Translations under genes and position numbers: made by a program
Notes under the pieces: model-generated
Database searches by the model: none
What the model was told of the DNA's origin: nothing
Seen by the model: the letters and a program-made list of their open reading frames with translations, nothing else
Shown here: one piece after another, positions 50,902-55,148 of the stretch
Layout: the number at the start of each line of letters is the position of its first letter
How positions within the stretch are numbered: the stretch's first letter is position 1
Source of the DNA: a virus
Taxonomy: Duplodnaviria > Caudoviricetes
Length of the DNA: 55,148 bases
Virus record (IMG/VR): IMGVR_UViG_3300032116_000256
Location: 1-55,148 of that record
Reading direction: 5' to 3' (one strand)

Positions 50902-53466
50902 TTAAGTTTCGATCTGTGATAACTTTGTGTATATCTTTTCTGTGAGGATTGTCAAGCCATTTAGGAAAATTGAGTCATCGGCTTTTGAGCCGTAAACCAC
51001 AACGATATCATCTTCCTTTGGAGTTTTGCCTCCACCTTCATAGTACTGGGTAAACTTATCGTCTCTGCCGCCATCAGTCAAGCGGCAGGTCATTTGACCA
51101 TACTCATCTGAAATTTTAACCAATAAATATGGACGACCAGCCCTACTAACTTTTTTACGAGACTCTTTGACGACGCCTACCATTTTAACATTTTGGCGAA
51201 CTTCTACTTGGGAAGCCTCGTAGGTATTGTGAAGTCTATCCTCTCCGTCATTAAAAACTTCTTTTAATTTATGAGTGTAGCTATAGCCAAGAAGACGCTT
51301 TTCAAAAAACCAATTAGCGAACTTCTCGTATTTTTTATTCATGTCGTAAATCTTTTTGTACGGCTCATACTTATTTTTAAATGTTTCATAACGACTTTCC
51401 TTCATGAATGGCTTACCGTCATCTCCAACTGATTTGTTTTTAACTAAATCAGCGATAGAGTTGAGAACATCGTAATTATATTTTGACCCCACTAGCTTAA
51501 CATTACGCTTTTCTCTGTCTGTTAGAATATTATAAGTCTGAGCTTCAAGAACCAAACGGCATCGTTTTTCGCTGAAGCTAGAAAGCGTACCAGCTTGAAT
51601 CAACGACGAAAGAACACCGATATTGACACCAGCTTCTTTTGCTCCATCAAAACAGTCGATTTTATTGGCAAACTCTTCTTGTCTAAACTCAAGAAGATGG
51701 GTCAATACTTTATCAGATACGCCTTTGATTGCATTAAGACCAAAGCGAATATTATCTCCCTCAATTTCAAAGTCTGCCTTGGACTTAGAAAGATCTGGTG
51801 GCAGAAGTCTGATATTAAAGAAAGATAGTTCCTGAGAAATCGACTCAATCTCTTCGTGTGGATTTGGCTCATGCTTGGAAGACCTAAGCAAAGCGAGAAA
51901 GAATTCTTTTGGATGATTAAACTTAAGATAAGTAGTTAATGCAGAAAGAGTAGCATAAGATACGGCGTGAGAAGCATTGAATGAATAGTTGGCGCTGTCT
52001 TCTGCCACCTTCCAAAGTACATCTGCAACACTAGCTTCAAGATTATTGGTGGCGACTTTTTCTCTGATCTTCTGCTGCCACGCTGGCATCTCACTTACTT
52101 TCTTTTTGCCTACAATACGACGAACAGTTTCAGCCTCATCAAGAGTAAAACCTACCTTTACAATCATCTTCATCAACTGCTCTTGGAAGATAGGAATGCC
52201 GCCAGTGATACCTAGAATATCATCAAAGAATGGATGAACAGATTGGAATTGTCCAGTAGCAATATATCGGGCATATTGATCCAAGAAATCCAATGCGCCA
52301 GGTCGGGCTAGAGACAAAACGCATGCAAGTTCAAGCATGTTTCTTGGCTTTACCTTTTTACAAACATGGAAGTTGGTATTAGCCTCAATCTGAAACAAGC
52401 CCTTGGGATTAGACAAATCCTGCAAGAATTTATATGTTGAACCATTATCAAAATCAAGATTCTTGAAGTCTAACCCAAGTCTTTGACAAGTATCATAAAC
52501 AACAGTTAATGTTCTCAGTCCAAGAATATCGAACTTAACAGTAATCTCCGACACGTTATTCATATCATAAGCGGAGACGATCTCGCCGTCACCTGTCTTT
52601 TGCAACGGCATGATTTCTTCATTATTGTAATAAGAAATAGAAATACCAGATGGGTGAACGCCAGTATTTTTATTTAGACCTTCGATCTTCTTGGCGATCT
52701 TATAAATCTTTGGGTTCTTATCGCAAAACGCCCTGAATTGTTCACTTTCTTCATAAGCATCTTTAAGGGCAAAGACCTTACCAAATTGCTTTGGGATAAT
52801 ATCGCTTACGGCATTAACTTCATCTTCTGACATTTCGCCAACAATCTTGCCGCACTCCTTAATGCAAAGTTTGCCAGTAAGAGTATTCATTGTAAGAATC
52901 TTACAAGTCTTACCTGAGTACTTTGTTTTAATATAATTAATAACTTCCTGACGCTTTGAAAACTCAATATCGTTATCAACATCAGGCATCAGCGACCCAT
53001 CAAGATAAGTAATTCCATCTACAATGATCTTCTTGGCGCGACTCTTTGAGACGAATCGCTCAAAAAACAATCCGTTCTTGATAGGGTCTACATTCGTGAC
53101 GCCGATTAAAAAAAGAATGAGAGAGCCAGCCGCAGAACCACGCCCATAACCAGTAGGAATATTATGCTCATGAGCATAATTAAGAATGTCCCAGTTAAGC
53201 AGAACGTAATCAACGAAACCAAGTTCTTCAAAGATTGCCAATTCGTATTTTGCTCGTTCATAATAGTCTTTTTTATTAGGTAGTTTATCTATGCCCTTTG
53301 TTCTTACGGCCCTCAAGCAAAGCTGCCGCAAAAACTCTACGTTTGAAACTGATGGATCGATGCCAAGCTCTTGATAATAGCGAGCATCGATCTTAATCTC
53401 TGGGAGACGAACACCAGGGGGAACAGGATGCTCGTACTTTTGAAACGAATTTAATAAGTTGTTCAT
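50902..53466 (-). CDS. dnaE: DNA polymerase III alpha (DnaE) catalytic part, lacking the PHP N-terminus
   Basis: GRGSAAGS, FERF, MPDVDND, HPSG, KFDILGL, FQEQ, YSFNASHA, C-terminal OB fold. Confidence 0.93.
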   Translation of the reverse strand: MNNLLNSFQKYEHPVPPGVRLPEIKIDARYYQELGIDPSVSNVEFLRQLCLRAVRTKGIDKLPNKKDYYERAKYELAIFEELGFVDYVLLNWDILNYAHEHNIPTGYGRGSAAGSLILFLIGVTNVDPIKNGLFFERFVSKSRAKKIIVDGITYLDGSLMPDVDNDIEFSKRQEVINYIKTKYSGKTCKILTMNTLTGKLCIKECGKIVGEMSEDEVNAVSDIIPKQFGKVFALKDAYEESEQFRAFCDKNPKIYKIAKKIEGLNKNTGVHPSGISISYYNNEEIMPLQKTGDGEIVSAYDMNNVSEITVKFDILGLRTLTVVYDTCQRLGLDFKNLDFDNGSTYKFLQDLSNPKGLFQIEANTNFHVCKKVKPRNMLELACVLSLARPGALDFLDQYARYIATGQFQSVHPFFDDILGITGGIPIFQEQLMKMIVKVGFTLDEAETVRRIVGKKKVSEMPAWQQKIREKVATNNLEASVADVLWKVAEDSANYSFNASHAVSYATLSALTTYLKFNHPKEFFLALLRSSKHEPNPHEEIESISQELSFFNIRLLPPDLSKSKADFEIEGDNIRFGLNAIKGVSDKVLTHLLEFRQEEFANKIDCFDGAKEAGVNIGVLSSLIQAGTLSSFSEKRCRLVLEAQTYNILTDREKRNVKLVGSKYNYDVLNSIADLVKNKSVGDDGKPFMKESRYETFKNKYEPYKKIYDMNKKYEKFANWFFEKRLLGYSYTHKLKEVFNDGEDRLHNTYEASQVEVRQNVKMVGVVKESRKKVSRAGRPYLLVKISDEYGQMTCRLTDGGRDDKFTQYYEGGGKTPKEDDIVVVYGSKADDSIFLNGLTILTEKIYTKLSQIET

Positions 53467-54089
53467 ACGTCAACCTGCATGATTAGCTTGCGGAAAATCT
53501 TATAATTCATTTGGATATCATACAAAGCATCGTGGAGCTTTGAAGGATCATGGTCAATACTAAACTGCTTAAGCAAAAAGCCCTGACTTGTTTTAAGTCC
53601 TTTCTCTCTATGGTTCATCAGTTTCATTTGCCAAGGCAGCAAGTCTCCAGACGGCTTTATGTCCTTGAATAATGCAGTGGCTAAAGCCTTGGTGTCAAGC
53701 ATCCTTTCAACGAAACTCCAATCATTCTGGATGCCAATGCCACGCATCATAGTATTTAAAATATAAATATCGTAGCCAAGAATATTCTGCCCAACTAAAA
53801 TATTATCTTTGTCGTACAGGTAATTAGCAAACCTTTTCCAAACCTCCATAGGTGGCTTTGCTCTGGAAAGATATTTCTCTTTGTTGAATCCAGTTATCTT
53901 GGCGGCGTCTTCAGATACGTTCAAATCATCATACAGAACAAACTCATCATGCTCTTCAAGAATCTCTTCTCCTTTACAAACGATCCAAGACAATTGCCAA
54001 GGACGAGAGTCGGTCAAAGACAAGCCTTCTGTTTCAGTATCAAACACTACGAACTTTTGATTAATTTTTTGTTTTAAAAGGTTGTTCAT
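53463..54089 (-). CDS. DEDDh 3'-5' exonuclease (epsilon-like)
   Basis: VFDTETEG, GQNILGYD, LDT, HDALYD; ATGA overlaps on both sides. Confidence 0.9.
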   Translation of the reverse strand: MNNLLKQKINQKFVVFDTETEGLSLTDSRPWQLSWIVCKGEEILEEHDEFVLYDDLNVSEDAAKITGFNKEKYLSRAKPPMEVWKRFANYLYDKDNILVGQNILGYDIYILNTMMRGIGIQNDWSFVERMLDTKALATALFKDIKPSGDLLPWQMKLMNHREKGLKTSQGFLLKQFSIDHDPSKLHDALYDIQMNYKIFRKLIMQVDV

Positions 54090-54823
54090 GATGCTTCCTT
54101 CCAAGATTGGAAACTGAATTCTTTGCTGCCACATCCTCCAAGCTCTGGAGCCGAAAGGCTTTGGTTTTTACCCATATTTCTATTACAAGCTATCTTGTAA
54201 GTTACCCAAGCAGGAAAGTCGTCGCGATTTTTGTAATAAATACTTTTAGCTTCAGCGATATTTTCTTTACCGCTAGACTCAATAAACTGCTTGGTAATTT
54301 TATCAAATGGCAATTTATTGTCTTCAGTAAAATAAACTACATCTTTTTTATCAAGAAAATCAGGCATACAATTAGAGAATGTATATCTGTTCTTCCAAAC
54401 ATACGAGTCATAAAACGGAACGCCAATTAAAATATTATCTGTTAGGCGCTCTACTAAATCAAAATTAGCAATTACCGAGTTTTTTTCAGTATTTGTAAAA
54501 GTATAGATTTTATTAATATCCTTAAACCCACAATCATTTAAGGCAAAAAGAATAAGCTTGCTAGTAGAGGAGTCAATAGACTCATAACTATTACAGATAT
54601 TAATCCTGAGACCAAACTTTAGCTGGATATTATACTTATTGCAATTCTTAAAAGCGGTCAAGAATCCAGTTAAAGAGTCTTCGACAAGATAAAGCTGTTT
54701 CAATCCATTTTCAATGGCAATTGAAATGATGCTGTCTGGACCGTCTTGTTTCTGCTTCTCTGGTTCATTTAGAGTAAGAATGCTTTTCCCAAAGGAAAAG
54801 TGAGACTTGAATAGCGGGATCAT
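54086..54823 (-). CDS. Stand-alone PHP domain of DnaE
   Basis: PLFKSHFSFGKSIL...LVEDSLTGF...KFGLRI...LILFALNDCGFKDINKI corresponds to the DnaE N-terminal PHP. Confidence 0.8.
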   Translation of the reverse strand: MIPLFKSHFSFGKSILTLNEPEKQKQDGPDSIISIAIENGLKQLYLVEDSLTGFLTAFKNCNKYNIQLKFGLRINICNSYESIDSSTSKLILFALNDCGFKDINKIYTFTNTEKNSVIANFDLVERLTDNILIGVPFYDSYVWKNRYTFSNCMPDFLDKKDVVYFTEDNKLPFDKITKQFIESSGKENIAEAKSIYYKNRDDFPAWVTYKIACNRNMGKNQSLSAPELGGCGSKEFSFQSWKEAS

Positions 54824-54829
54824 ACCCCA

Positions 54830-54857
54830 ATCCTAACACTTCTGTCTAGGATGTCAA
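54830..54857 (-). promoter_or_regulatory. Leaderless sigma70-type promoter of the PHP-exo-dnaE operon
   Basis: TTGACA-16-TAGGAT with extended TG, 6 nt before ATG 54823. Confidence 0.65.
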
Positions 54858-55148
54858 GTGCTTTGGGCATCCTAAGTAAGCTTCTTTGGTAACTTTTTCT
54901 TCTGTTTTGGCAATTTTAAACGCCTCATTCATGTCTTCCTCTAGGAAAGTTTTAATTATTTTATTATCCTTATCTCTTAAGGCATAATAATTAAATCCAA
55001 ATTTATATGGACAATGCCACATTGGATTACCGTCTTTCTTCAACTGGCCCTTATATTTGGCGAAACCACAAGCCAGTTTGCCGCTAAATGAACCATCTGA
55101 AGGCATCGGTTTATCTGCTGCAAAATTAGAATAAGCGTCAGGTTCAGA
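54846..55148 (-). CDS. C-terminal part of a gene entering from the right edge (possible Cas4/RecB-like Fe-S nuclease tail)
   Basis: Frame open to the window end (SEPDAYSNFAADKPMPS...); LACG...WHCPY...GCPKH Cys cluster. Confidence 0.55.
   Translation of the reverse strand, partial: SEPDAYSNFAADKPMPSDGSFSGKLACGFAKYKGQLKKDGNPMWHCPYKFGFNYYALRDKDNKIIKTFLEEDMNEAFKIAKTEEKVTKEAYLGCPKHLTS

Noticed and set aside
37949-53466. Introns or inteins in nrdA, nrdB or dnaE
   Set aside because: Lengths are normal, motifs are contiguous, and no intein or LAGLIDADG motifs are seen.
1-55148. CRISPR array, rRNA, integrase or IS element
   Set aside because: No regularly spaced direct repeats or corresponding motifs seen; the recurring GGTTCGAATCC strings are tRNA T arms.

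Overview
55 kb segment of a large AT-rich dsDNA tailed phage (jumbo-phage-like) using the standard genetic code; the host is probably diderm, judging by outer-membrane-type lipoproteins. Most genes are on the minus strand: many small accessory ORFs; an array of 7 CCA-ending tRNAs with an EndoVII/HNH nuclease and two unexplained structured RNAs; rIIA/rIIB; UvsE; a T4 beta-glucosyltransferase-like gene; class Ia RNR; GT4/GT9 glycosyltransferases; a ClpC/ClpA-type ATPase; and a DnaE-type polymerase split into PHP, exonuclease and polymerase genes. One plus-strand block (26.2-38.0 kb) encodes a lambda-type tail tip (L, K, I, split J) decorated with PA14-like, vWA-like and repeat modules. The top candidate for an undescribed system is a five-gene, translationally coupled operon at 16030-21277: csgF, csgG, a curlin-like beta-solenoid, a secreted FecR-domain protein and a CHASE2 adenylate cyclase. 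Other leads are a double-T-loop tRNA-like RNA, an S/T-Gly bias in putative virion proteins next to glycosyltransferases, leaderless sigma70 promoters and a GTGTAA putative late motif. All calls come from reading motifs by eye; no searches were run.
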